64,000 nucleotides of DNA from NCBI GenBank assembly GCA_043228905.1, contig JBHGNT010000051.1:62001-126000 (forward strand), written 5' to 3'. The notes under the pieces are model-generated. The model saw only the letters and a list, made by a program, of their open reading frames with translations, made no database searches and was not told where the DNA came from. A program made the translations under genes and the position numbers. This document shows, piece after piece, positions 11,674 to 23,101 of this stretch. Every line of letters starts with the position of its first letter. The stretch's first letter is position 1. Origin of the DNA: Azolla caroliniana (lineage: Eukaryota > Plantae > Polypodiophyta).

Positions 11674-12824
11674 TTGAAAGTAACTCCTTATATTCTAGAA
11701 GAGATCATTGACAAATAGTGTGAAAGTGGGTAGGAATGGGTAGGTTTTCTAAGGGGTTTAGTGGTTCGGGGCTTGGGTTTAGTGTTGTTGATTTACCCTC
11801 GCCCTTGTCTTGTGTGCACATATTTGTGTGGGCGTGATGACTACCAGCTGGCGGAAGGCTTTGGTTGGTTGTCAAAGGGATGGCGGCCGGGTCTTTATAT
11901 CCGAGTTCTAAGGGGGGTGGGGGAACTGAAGACCTCAAATAGTTTGTGGTAGAGAGCTAGTTTGCCAGCGGGGGAGAGCATAGCTTTGAATTTAGGGAAC
12001 CCTTCCATTCTTAAGTCTTTTAGATTTTCTAGGAGAGGTCGCGATTGAGTTTGCTATTACTAGGGTTGTTAGGTGGTATTACGCTAGGGGAGGCATTTTT
12101 AGTAGGTAGGGTGGGGGTTTTAGGTTTAGGGTTTAGGGGGGTCGTTGTGTGTGTGGAGTCCTCATCTTCGACACATAGATCATATAGATGTATTAGATCT
12201 TTATTATTAATTATTTGACATGTAAGAGAGGGTTGAGAGAGGGCGTCCTTGTTTGAGGTTGTTGGCGGGTCGAAGACGTCCGCACCGGCGACGAAGGTGC
12301 TTGTTTCTGGGTGGGCAGAGAGTGCGGTAGTAGTTGTTGTTGCTGCCAGGTCAGTAGCGAGTGCGTTGATGTTGGTGGTGTTGGTCGTGGGTTCAAGGAG
12401 CCTTTTCAAGTTGGGTTTTGGTGCAGTGGTAGTCAGTGGGGTTTTAGTTGTGTGACGTTGGGTTGTCTTTATATTGGAACCTTTCATTGCCATTTAAGTG
12501 GTATATTGTGCGGTTAAAAAAAAGAAAAACAAGGCAAGGAAACAAAAAGCTCCAGGAGAGCGTGAGCGAGGTGAGCAAGAGACGAAAGGTGTGAGTGGGT
12601 GTGTAGTGGAGGGGAGATGAGGGGTGTGGTTATTATAGTTAGAGAGGGGGGTATGTGTAGGGGAGGGTGTGTTTTTAGGTTTGTAATAAGAGAGAAGGTT
12701 ATGGTGGAGGGTGCTTAAGGTTTGTAATGTGCTATGGCTAGAGGGGGGTATGTGAGGGGAAAGGTTATGCGAGTTAGGGATGAGATTGGGGTATACTCAA
12801 ACTAAAGTAAAAAGGGTATTTAAA

Positions 12825-13429
12825 AATGCGAACATGCGAATGAAAGTTAAAGAAGCAATCTATGATATGGATCTCAGAGCGAGACACATGAAGAAAAAAG
12901 CAAAGTTGTGCCACACTTGAGGAGGGCGTAGACAAGAGCGTGTGAGTAATTGAAAATGTCCATACCTGGCAATTGTGATATTGAATAATTGTGTTCAAAC
13001 ATGCGAATTGAAGCTAAAGAAGAAATCTATGATATGGAATTGAAAAATCATGATTTCAAAACTCAGGGCGAGACAGATAAAGAAAAAAGTAATGTTGTGC
13101 CACACTTGAGGACGTGGAAGACAAGAGACGAGAGTAAATAAAAATTTTCATAGCTGGCTCTTGTGATATCGGATTGTTGTGTTCAAACTTGTAAATCGAA
13201 GCTAAAGAAGCGATCTATGATATGGAATTGAAAAATCATGATTTCAAAACTCAGGGCGAGACACATGAAGAAAAAAGAAAAGTTGTGCAACACTTGCGGA
13301 GGGCGTAGACAAGAGGTCGTGAGTAAATGAATATGTCCATAGCTGGCTCTTGCGATATCAGATTTTTGTGTTCAAACATGCGAATCGAAGCTAAACAAGA
13401 AATCTATGATATGGAATTGAAAAACCATG
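12825..13429 (+). repeat. Satellite subfamily A (~189-bp monomer), about 3 copies
   Basis: GCTAAAGAAG-type marker at 13013, 13201 and 13390; same monomer as the array from 28833. Confidence 0.93.
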
Positions 13430-15025
13430 CCATCAGGTATTATCATACAAGCTCTACATATGATGAAAGGGTAATGAAAAACCATGAATACTAACCCAAT
13501 CCTTGAATGCAATAAAATACTCTGATAACGCCTTATACGAAGACGTTAGAGGATAATCCTCGGTCACTTGTTCCCAAGTTATACATCCAAGTTGTTTCAT
13601 CATAACTTCTTGGATCTTCATGTACACCTTATGACTGTAAAATTAGAAATCAAGATTAGAACTTTGAATTACACCAGATAGACTACAATTTCAGTATTTG
13701 AAAGACTTACTTATTGAACTCAGTGACCATTTCTTCAAGGCTTAAATCTTTCGCCACAACCCTTGACAAAACCGACACAAGAAGCTGCTCGTCCTTAATA
13801 CCTTGCATTGCTCTCCATAGAGACAGCTTCATGTCGTTTGCCGCTTCTTCAATTGTCAAGTCAATTTTCTTGGCGGCTTGTGACTTTAACTCTAGTTGAG
13901 GGTCAACCCTACATTTCTTTTGTCGTTGACCCTTTACCTCCTTATTCTCTCACATTGAGAAGATTTGATCTTGTAGGTCCCATACTTCTCCATCTCTAAA
14001 CGCCAATTGAAACCAAGACTCATATTTTCGAAGACCATCGGACCTAACATTATCATCTACCACAATGCCGACTTCATGCAGACATTGACGTCGAAGGCCT
14101 GGATGTAACTTCACACCAAACTTTTGTTTCACGTCTTAATACTCGTGGTGGAAGAACCGTATACGCTCAATGGACGACATTTTCTGCCTATAGTCATTAT
14201 CATTATTATGGTCCCATGCCAACAGCTTAGCCTCTTCGGTTGTGAGCCCAACATAAATTTTGCACTCGGCATACTTGAAGAAGAAAGTTGTTGGATGTTC
14301 TCTCACAAGTTGCCAACGTGCCTCTGCTGAATGCGATCCACCAATGACAAAATAATTATATTGATCATGCTTTCTAATATCAAAATCTTCAATGGTTTCA
14401 CATTCTTGAGGATCTACCATAACAATAAAAGGCACCACAGTGGCATGAGGATTAATTTTCATTTTTTTCTTGAGATTTTGAACATGCATGCGGTGTGGCT
14501 CTCTAATCTCAAGTGGTCGTCGACCTGTTTTTTCATCAATAGGGGGCCGATGGATGTGTGTTATAGGCAAATTAAACACTTGCCCTTTCCTGACCAATTT
14601 CCGTTGCATTAACTCTCTCCTTATCTTATTTTGCTCAGATGACAAAACACCCGAGGCCAGCTCAGCTCCTGGCGTCCCCTTATTATCCTCCTCTTCGTTT
14701 TCACTTGTTGAATCCGTATCTGACATTTTGGTTGTCTTCTTCTTTGGTGGTCTTGACTCAACTTTGGATACCCTTTTTGTGGCCTTCAATGGGGAGGGCA
14801 CTTCATCTCTTAGAGTTACAAGGCCTTGTATATAAGGCCTCAAGGTAACAATAAGGTTTTGTGAGCTTTTAAGATCTTTTTTGAACGCTTATGGCCCACA
14901 AGATTCCTTTACTAAAAGATCTTCTGAAAGGAACACTTTACGTACCCCCTTGGAGCACTCTATCATTACCAGTATGTTGGCCGAATCTGCATCTTCATAG
15001 TCAAATCGTAGAATACGGCCATACA
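13430..15025 (-). pseudogene. 3' part of an intron-containing gene with a ParB/Srx-like domain
   Basis: One frame with stops at ~14889, ~14136 and ~13950: LEIREPHRMHVQNLKKKM...VVPFIVMV...YFVIGGSHSAEAR...GLTTEEAKLLAWDHN...RQKMSSIER. GT-AG intron 13635-13710; another donor at 13495. Confidence 0.65.
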
Positions 15026-15649
15026 TGTTGGGATTTCGGTCCCTCCGGATGGGATGTCCGGAGATGAATGACGGCAATTACGGTTACGGTTACGGTTACG
15101 GTCCCGGCTACGGAGCCGGATGATGAAGACCCCGACTACGGAGCCGGATGATGAAGACCCCGGCTACGGAGCCGGATGATGAATGTACCCGGAGCGAGAT
15201 CCGGATGCGGGGACATATTTGTGAATATGTTTGCCAAGGGCCCTTGAGGCTATATTTGTAAATAGCCCGAAAGTCATATGCGTATAAATATGACTTAGGG
15301 CAAACAGTTTTACGTTGTTGCTCATTTTATGTTTTCAGCCGAGAGAGCGAAGCGAGAGCAGCCGAGAGAGAGAGAGAGAGAAAGGAAGAGGTCGACGCCT
15401 CTGTGTACTACCGCCGCCTGTGGCGAAGACAGTGAGCTCAAGGTTGTTGCCCTGTAGCTTCACCATTGTACATCTCTGGGTATAGTGATAGTTGGAGTTG
15501 GAGGACTCCCGTGGTTTTTCCCATTTAGGGTTTTCCACGTAAAACACCCTGTGTACTCTTCTCTCTATTGTCTTCGTGCATTTGGTATTTCCCGTTTTCT
15601 GTGAGTTGATCCTATTCCTCGGTTTGTGACCGAGCGCTGTTTTGCAACA
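15026..15649 (+). repeat. 5' LTR of copia copy 2
   Basis: TGTTGG...GCAACA; three copies of a ~29-bp unit CTACGGAGCCGGATGATGAA. Confidence 0.95.
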
Positions 15650-16243
15650 AATTGGTATCAGAGCACGGTAACACAGAAAATGGAAGGCGGCGGTAGTGGG
15701 CCTCCGGGCATGATGGTGTTGAACTCACAGAACTACGCCGACTGGAAGATAAAGATGGAAGACCTTCTCATCGTCCGAGACCTGTATGAACCGATCGACA
15801 ATGCCGAGATACCCAAGGGGGTAATAGAGTCGGAGTGGAAGCTCCTGAACCGGAAAGCCGTAGCGACGATCCGGCAATATGTCGATGTAAGCGTTCTACA
15901 ACATGTGGCGAATGACACCAACGCATATGAGATGTGGAAGAAGCTGTCGGGCCTCTACGAGAGGAAGAATGCGTTGAACCGAACCTCCCTGATGAGGAAG
16001 ATAGTGAACCTCAAGTACCGGGACGGTGAGAATATGGTGGAACACGTGAGCACGTTCATGGGATTCGTGAACCAGCTTGCGGCGATCAAGTTCCCGTTGG
16101 AGGATGCAATGCAAGCCATCATTCTGATGTGTACATTGCCGGAAAGCTGGGAGAACTTGGTGGTGACTCTCAGCACCTCCTGCACCGAAGATAACTTGTC
16201 TCTACAAACGGTAAAGACAAGCATTTTGAACGAAGAAGCGCGT

Positions 16244-17032
16244 TGTCGTGCCTTTCGGCTCCGGATCGTTGCGTGAGTCGGGTGGGAACCGCCGAGGTTT
16301 TGGACTAGGAGAAAGAAGAATATGAGATGAGGCTAGTAATGAATAGATTATTAGAAAGAGAGATAGAAATTTCGTGAATCCCACGAGTGTATTGTATTCG
16401 ATTAATCAATATTTAGATAAGAATATGTATTTAGATTGAAAGAAAGATATAAGAAACTTGTGAATCCCACAAGTATAGATTATATTATTTTCGTGAATCC
16501 CACGATTATATTAATCGGTTGGTGTTTTCGGAAATATATCCAATTTCCAAATATTTCACACACCTATTACATTGTGCTCCCCATCCTTATGTAGTGATGG
16601 GAGAGACTAAGCATAGCTACATGCTTTTTTTCTAATATGTTCATGCACACTAAATGTGCATGTGATGCTTTTCTAATCCTTGCTTTTATTTGCTAAATAT
16701 AGTGCTCATGCACGCTAGATGTGCATGAGTCACTTTTTAGTTGCTTGCGTTTTTCTATAAAATATTCACGCACTCTAAAAATGCATGATTTACCTTTTAA
16801 TAAAGGTAGGTGCAAATAAAGCACTTATACTTATTAAATCTATTTGTAAAACACTAAAGATAAGGTAGCATAATGGTAAAGTTGAGGTTTGGCTATGTGG
16901 AGGTACAAGGTTCGAATCTTGCCCTATTCACGTGATAAATATTTTGATATTCTTATTTTATTTATTTATATGTAATTAAATCGGTTATATTATTTTTACT
17001 TTTTCACGTAGTGTACGAAATACACTACGACA
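16244..17032 (-). repeat. 3' LTR of the nested element
   Basis: Direct repeat of 19105-19893. Confidence 0.95.
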
Positions 17033-17797
17033 CTCGCCCCCTCCGAACCCGCACATCCTCCGGTATGTGCCGAAGTTGCCGATGCTCATTGTCTCCCCTT
17101 CATCCTCCGTTTGTCCCGCTATGTCAACTTTGTCTCTCCATTTTGAGTAGACCCATTCTTTCCAACCGAACCATTGTTGCCATCCGATCCACCATATTCT
17201 TTGTTCATTCGTGGTAGTGTCTTTTACTGGGCTCTTTCTTGTCTTCATCAACCTTGACTTTTTTCCGGATCGCTCTCGTCCGATCAACTTTTGGTTTGAT
17301 CGGCTTCCGATCGGATTCGTATTCGGCCGAATCGGAATCGGTTGTTCGGTTTTGATTGAGTCGGTCTCCTTCCGCCCCGGTTTCGATCTATCGGTTTCGG
17401 TTTCGGTTGGCTTTCTTTTCCTCGTTTTCACCAGCCTCGACCGGTCCAACCTCCGATTGAGTCGGATTAGCTTCTTTCCGGATCGGTCTCGTCCGATCGG
17501 CTTTCGGCTAGGTCGGCTTCCATCCATATTCGCATTCGGCCAAGTCAGACTCGGTCGATCGGTTTTGACCAAGTCGACCCCTTTTCGGGTCGGCTTTCTT
17601 TTGGGTCGTCTTTCGACCGAATCCTCATTCGCCCGGTTCGGCTTTCGTTTGTGTCTTCTTTCGGCCGAGTTCTCTTCCTTTTGGTTCGGCTTTCTTTCGG
17701 GTCGACTTTCGGTCGAATCCTCATTCGCTCGGTTCGGCTTTCTTTCGGGTTGTCTTTCAGTCGAATCCTCTTTTACCCGGTTCGGCTTTCTTCCGGA

Positions 17798-19066
17798 TCA
17801 GAATCCCGTCCGGATCACCTTCCATCCAAACCGGCTTCCGACTTTACCTTTCTTGCTGCCACCTCCCGTCTCTCCGGTCTCACGTTGGTTCTCGGACACA
17901 ACTGCCGAAGTCTCTAGATATTGTTGGCATGAATCCTCGGTATTACCTTCTTTCGTAGTTTCACCCTTAGCATTCTTCTCGGCTATCTCTTCATCGTATT
18001 CGTCGGCTTCGACATTCGTTTTCTCTCCGCCACCTTCCGTCTCTTCGGTCTCACGTTGCCTTTCGAACGCAACCGCCGGAGTCTCTGGAATTAGTGGTGG
18101 GGAAGTCTCGATATGGCCATCCGTCGTTGATTTGTCCATAGCCACCTTCGATTCGATGTCATCTTTCGTGGCGACCTCCTCAATCAAGTCCTCCTTGCTC
18201 TCTTTCACTGCATCAATTATGCTTACCCCTTTTTCACCCGATGTTTCGGACACTTGTATTCTGAAATCTTCTTCTACACTTGGGTTATCGGCCTTATCCT
18301 TCGTCGTTGTTCTTTCGCAAGACAAGAGGGTAGCTTGTTTTACACCCTCTTCCGTCGCACCATCATGTTGTATTTCGGCCTTCATATCGGCTCCATCGTT
18401 TGTCTTCAATCGACCATCCTTCATCGGCGATGTCGTTGACAAGATTCTCATCTTCCTCTCATCATGTCTCCGGCATACCCTTTGGACTTCGGCCCAATCT
18501 TCGGTAAGACCATTCGCACCGTCATCGTCTTCGAGTTCGATCCCGATGTCCATCCTTTCTTTTCGATCGATCGATTTTACGAACATTAGGACTTTATCCT
18601 CTCCCACCAATCGTTGTTCTCGCTCCGAGAGTCGAGCAAAACGATGCTCGAACTCTAGGAATGCTTGTGTTGCACTTCGGTGGGTCTTCTCCGATGCCAC
18701 CCATTCGTCGAATTCTCGCCGATCTTTTCCCTTCGATCTCTTGTAATCATATGCCTCTCGTAAAGCTTCTTCGAATGATCCCCATGTCGAGTTTTGTTGC
18801 CGTATCTTGTGGATTCTCTCTTGTAGCTCATCCGTGGCCACCCGATTGAAGGATGTCACTTGCAATCCTTCCGGTATCCCACATCGTATCATCTCTGCCT
18901 TGTAGTCATGTAGATAGCGTGACAGATCGTTTCCGTTGAATTGTCCGTTTCGTTGTACGAGCCGCTTTACTACCGCCGTGATCTCCGACATCACCCGTTG
19001 TTCTTGTAGCATCCGCTCGAACATCATCATCATCGTTATGCTCAGTGCCTCTTGTTGATTCTCCAT
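17798..19066 (-). CDS. gag: Gag-like protein with a long acidic low-complexity C-terminus
   Basis: Open frame directly after the PBS; FNGNDLSRYLHDY...WGSFEEALREAY resembles gypsy capsid N-terminal motifs. Confidence 0.7.
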   Translation of the reverse strand: MENQQEALSITMMMMFERMLQEQRVMSEITAVVKRLVQRNGQFNGNDLSRYLHDYKAEMIRCGIPEGLQVTSFNRVATDELQERIHKIRQQNSTWGSFEEALREAYDYKRSKGKDRREFDEWVASEKTHRSATQAFLEFEHRFARLSEREQRLVGEDKVLMFVKSIDRKERMDIGIELEDDDGANGLTEDWAEVQRVCRRHDERKMRILSTTSPMKDGRLKTNDGADMKAEIQHDGATEEGVKQATLLSCERTTTKDKADNPSVEEDFRIQVSETSGEKGVSIIDAVKESKEDLIEEVATKDDIESKVAMDKSTTDGHIETSPPLIPETPAVAFERQRETEETEGGGEKTNVEADEYDEEIAEKNAKGETTKEGNTEDSCQQYLETSAVVSENQRETGETGGGSKKGKVGSRFGWKVIRTGF

Positions 19067-19082
19067 CTCCTTGCCACTCGCC

Positions 19083-19100
19083 TTCACGTCGGGTTCACCA
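19083..19100 (-). promoter_or_regulatory. Primer binding site complementary to the tRNA-Trp 3' end
   Basis: Plus strand TTCACGTCGGGTTCACCA matches the 3' 18 nt (with CCA) of plant cytosolic tRNA-Trp as recalled; 4 nt from the LTR. Confidence 0.85.
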
Positions 19101-19104
19101 ACTG

Positions 19105-19893
19105 TGTCGTGCCTTTCGGCTCCGGATCGTTGCGTGAGTCGGGTGGGAACCGCCGAGGTTTTGGACTAGGAGAAAGAAGAATATGAGATGAGGCTAGTAA
19201 TGAATAGATTATTAGAAAGAGAGATAGAAATTTCGTGAATCCCACGAGTGTATTGTATTCGATTAATCAATATTTAGATAAGAATATGTATTTAGATTGA
19301 AAGAAAGATATAAGAAACTTGTGAATCCCACAAGTATAGATTATATTATTTTCGTGAATCCCACGATTATATTAATCGGTTGGTGTTTTCGGAAATATAT
19401 CCAATTTCCAAATATTTCACACACCTATTACATTGTGCTCCCCATCCTTATGTAGTGATGGGAGAGACTAAGCATAGCTACATGCTTTTTTTCTAATATG
19501 TTCATGCACACTAAATGTGCATGTGATGCTTTTCTAATCCTTGCTTTTATTTGCTAAATATAGTGCTCATGCACGCTAGATGTGCATGAGTCACTTTTTA
19601 GTTGCTTGCGTTTTTCTATAAAATATTCACGCACTCTAAAAATGCATGATTTACCTTTTAATAAAGGTAGGTGCAAATAAAGCACTTATACTTATTAAAT
19701 CTATTTGTAAAACACTAAAGATAAGGTAGCATAATGGTAAAGTTGAGGTTTGGCTATGTGGAGGTACAAGGTTCGAATCTTGCCCTATTCACGTGATAAA
19801 TATTTTGATATTCTTATTTTATTTATTTATATGTAATTAAATCGGTTATATTATTTTTACTTTTTCACGTAGTGTACGAAATACACTACGACA
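19105..19893 (-). repeat. 5' LTR of the nested element
   Basis: Direct repeat of 16244-17032, next to the PBS. Confidence 0.95.
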
Positions 19894-22800
19894 GCGTCGG
19901 AGAGATAAAGAACCGGTTTCCGATCCGAAGATGCTGCTTACCGAATCGGATCGGGGAAGACAATGGAACCGGAGTCCGCAAAGACGGGAGAAGTCGGGGA
20001 CCCGGTCGCAGTCAAGAGGAAGATCCACATGCTTCCACTGTGGGAAGCCGGGGCACTTCCGGAAGAATTGTCGGCATTACCGAAAGGACAACGGAGCCGA
20101 CGACACCGATTCGAAGAAGTCACCGGAGAGAAACGATGCATACCGGGGAGCCACGGACCGGAGAGGTCCGGATTGGCGAGGGCAGGGCCGGAAAGGAACG
20201 ACGGCACTCGCGGCAAGTGAAGAAGAGATAATGCTCATTACCGAAGAGACGGAGCTGAACCTTGCCGGTGAAGAGATGACCTGGGTGGTCGATTCCGGAG
20301 CGTCGTTCCACCTGACCCCGGAGAAGAAATACTTCTCATCCTACACAGCCGGTGAGCACGGCTGTGTCCGGATGGGAAATGAAGGCACATGCCGGATTGC
20401 CGGCATAGGAGACGTGTGGCTGATGACATCAACCGGATGCAAGATGCTGCTGAAGGATGTTTGACACGTTCCGGAGGTTCGATTGAACCTGATTTCGGCC
20501 GGGAGGCTAGATGATGAAGGCTACACGGGTAGCATCCGGAACGGTGTCATGAAGTTCAGCAAAGGGAGCCTGACAGTGGCTCGGGCCCGGAAGGTCAACA
20601 CACTGTACCTGATGAATTCCCGGCTATGTCCGGAGGAGCTGAACGTGGCAGCCGACACTGCCGGTGAGCTGTGGCACAAGAGACTGTGCCACATGAGTGA
20701 GAAGGGGATGAAGAGGCTTGCAGAAGACAACCTTATTCCAGTGAAGCATGTGCACCTGGAGAAGTGCACCGATTGCCTGGCCGGTAAGCAGAACCGAACC
20801 TCCTTCCACTCAAGGCCACCGATGAGACGTAGTGTACCATTGGAGTTGGTACACACTGATGTGTGTCAGGTAGAAACGAAGTCACATGGCGGAGCCCAGT
20901 ACTTCGTAACATTCATAGATGACCATAGCTGGAAGTTGTGGACGGCACCGTTGAAGACAAAGGACCAAGTATTGTCCGTCTTCAAAGAACTCCACGCGAG
21001 AGTGGAAAGAGAATCCGGCAAGAAGCTGAAAGCGATACGAGCGGATAACGGAGGGGAATACCGGGGGCAGTTCGCAGAGTACTGTCGCTCGAAGGGAATC
21101 CGGCTCGAGTTTACTGTGCCGAAAACGCCGGAACTGAACGGGCTGGCCGAGAGGATGAACCGGACCATAATGGAGAGGGTCCGGAGTATGCTAGCACATG
21201 CGAAATTACCCAAGGGATTTTGGGCTGAGGCAATGTCGACGGCGACGTATGTGATAAATAGATCACCCTCAGTACCTTTGGACGGACACACGCCGCAGAA
21301 AGTGTGGACCGGTAAGGAAGTGTCCTACCGGCATCTGAAGGTGTTCGGGTGTCTCGCATACGTGCATGTGGCAAAGGAACGGAGAGGAAAGTTAGATCCA
21401 AAGACCCGGCCATGCATATTCCTCGGTTACGGCGACGACGAGTTCGGCTACCGAGTATGGGACCCGGTCGACAAGAAGATATTCAGGAGTCGAGATATCA
21501 TCTTCATGGAGGACAAGACACTCGCCGACTGGGAGTCGGAGAAGAAGATGAAGAGCTCCAAGTCGACCGGTGAGGATCAACTCTACGAAGAGCAGTCCCG
21601 ACCGGCAAGGGACCGGTTAGCACTCGAGGATCCGGCCGAAGACGGTGAAGAAACAGAACCGGCCGAGGAAGATGAAACTGATACCGGAACCGGCCCCGAT
21701 CCCGAAATGGATCTGGATGAAGAGGAAACGGAGGAGCCGGTTACCGAAGCTCCGGAACGGAGATATCCTCTAAGAGAGAGAAGGCCCCCCCGGAGATTTC
21801 CGGAACTAGAGCACGTGCTGCTAACCGACGAGGGGGAGCCGGAGAGCTTTGAAGAAGCAAAACTTGACACCCATAGCCGCAGGTGGTTAAGTGCCATGCA
21901 GGAGGAGATGGATTCCCTGCATGAGAACCACACATATGAACTTGTGGAGTTGCCGAAAGGAAAGCGGGCACTTCGAAACAAGTGGGTGTTCAAGTTGAAA
22001 CCAGGAGATGTCGGAAACCCCCCGAGATACAAAGCCAGGATCGTAGTGAAGGGGTTCCAGCAGAAGAAGGGCGTCGACTTCGATGAGATATTTGCCCCGG
22101 TAGTGAAGATGACCTCCATCCGGATGGTGCTGAGCATAGCGGCAAGTGTGGACCTCGATGTAGAACAGATGGACGTGAAGACGGCATTCCTTCATGGTGA
22201 CCTCGAAGAAGAGATCTACATGCAGCAACCGGAAGGATTCGAGAAGAAAGGGAAGGAGCACCTGGTATGCCGGTTGAAGAAGAGCCTTTACGGACTGAAG
22301 CAGGCTCCCCGGCAATGGTACCGGAAGTTCGACTCCTTCATGACCGACGAAGGCTACCACAAAACGCAGTCCGATCACTGCATGTTTGTGAAGAAGTTCG
22401 AAGGAGGAGACTTTCTAATACTCCTCCTGTACGTGGACGACATGTTGATCGTCGGACGGGACCAGGCCAAGATACGGATGCTGAAGAAGTCGGAGTGGTG
22501 AGCCTGTACATGAGCAATCCCAGCAAAGAGCACTGGAACGCGGTCAAGTGGATACTCCGATACCTGAAGGGCACGGCAAACGTGTGCCTCCGATTTGGCT
22601 CCGGTAAGCCCGAACTCGACGGCTTTACCGATTCGGATATGTCGGCTGATGCAGATACCAGCCGGTCCACATCAGGGTATGTGATGACGTATGCAGGGGG
22701 AGCTGTTTCGTGGCAGTCGAGGCTGCAGAAGACGGTTGCGTTGTCAACTACGGAGGCGGAGTGCATGGCAGCTGTTGAAGCCGGCAAGGAAATAATATGG

Positions 22801-23101
22801 ATGAAGGACTTCATTAGAGAGCTCGGTATCCGGCAGGAGGAATACCGACTCTACTGCGACAGTCAGAGTGCCATCCACCTTGCGAAGAATGCGGCCTATC
22901 ACTCCCGGACGAAGCACATCCAGTGTAGATACCACTGGATCCGGGAAAGGATAGAAGACAAGGACTTCGTGCTGACGAAGATCCACACGGACGAGAACGG
23001 GTCGGATATGCTGACCAAGGTACTCACACCCGACAAGCTGGAAGCATGCCGGAAGAGGATCGGATTGGATAGACATCCCATGCCGAAGTGAAGAGGGAGT
23101 T

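Larger units (their letters stand above)
8931..12780 (-). mobile_element. Degenerate Penelope-like retroelement (PLE) array, no GIY-YIG endonuclease visible
   Basis: PLE-type RT remnant, hammerhead motif downstream, ORF1-like low-complexity frames (12029..12493, 8862..9254), telomere-like repeats. Boundaries approximate. Confidence 0.7.
16244..19893 (-). mobile_element. Non-autonomous gag-only Ty3/gypsy-type LTR element, tRNA-Trp primed, 4-bp TSD
   Basis: 789-bp LTRs 16244-17032 and 19105-19893 (TGTCGT...ACGACA, no differences seen by eye); TSD GCGT at 16240-16243 and 19894-19897; PPT (plus CTCGCCCCCTCC) at 17033-17044; no pol. Confidence 0.93.
15680..23091 (+). pseudogene. gag-pol: Copia gag-pol, interrupted at 16243, TGA at ~20462, ~0.3-kb deletion and frameshift at ~22489
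   Basis: Highly similar to copy 3; IRMLKK is joined directly to the VGVVS region, losing the ALHRTFSMKD...GYA segment. Confidence 0.95.

Noticed and set aside
16860-16935. Functional tRNA gene
   Set aside because: A and B boxes are present but no convincing acceptor or anticodon stems; reported as a tRNA-like promoter only.
17211-18746. 511-aa Ser/Phe/Arg-rich ORF on the + strand
   Set aside because: Antisense shadow of the acidic gag frame plus ~50-60-bp degenerate tandem repeats; no domain motifs.
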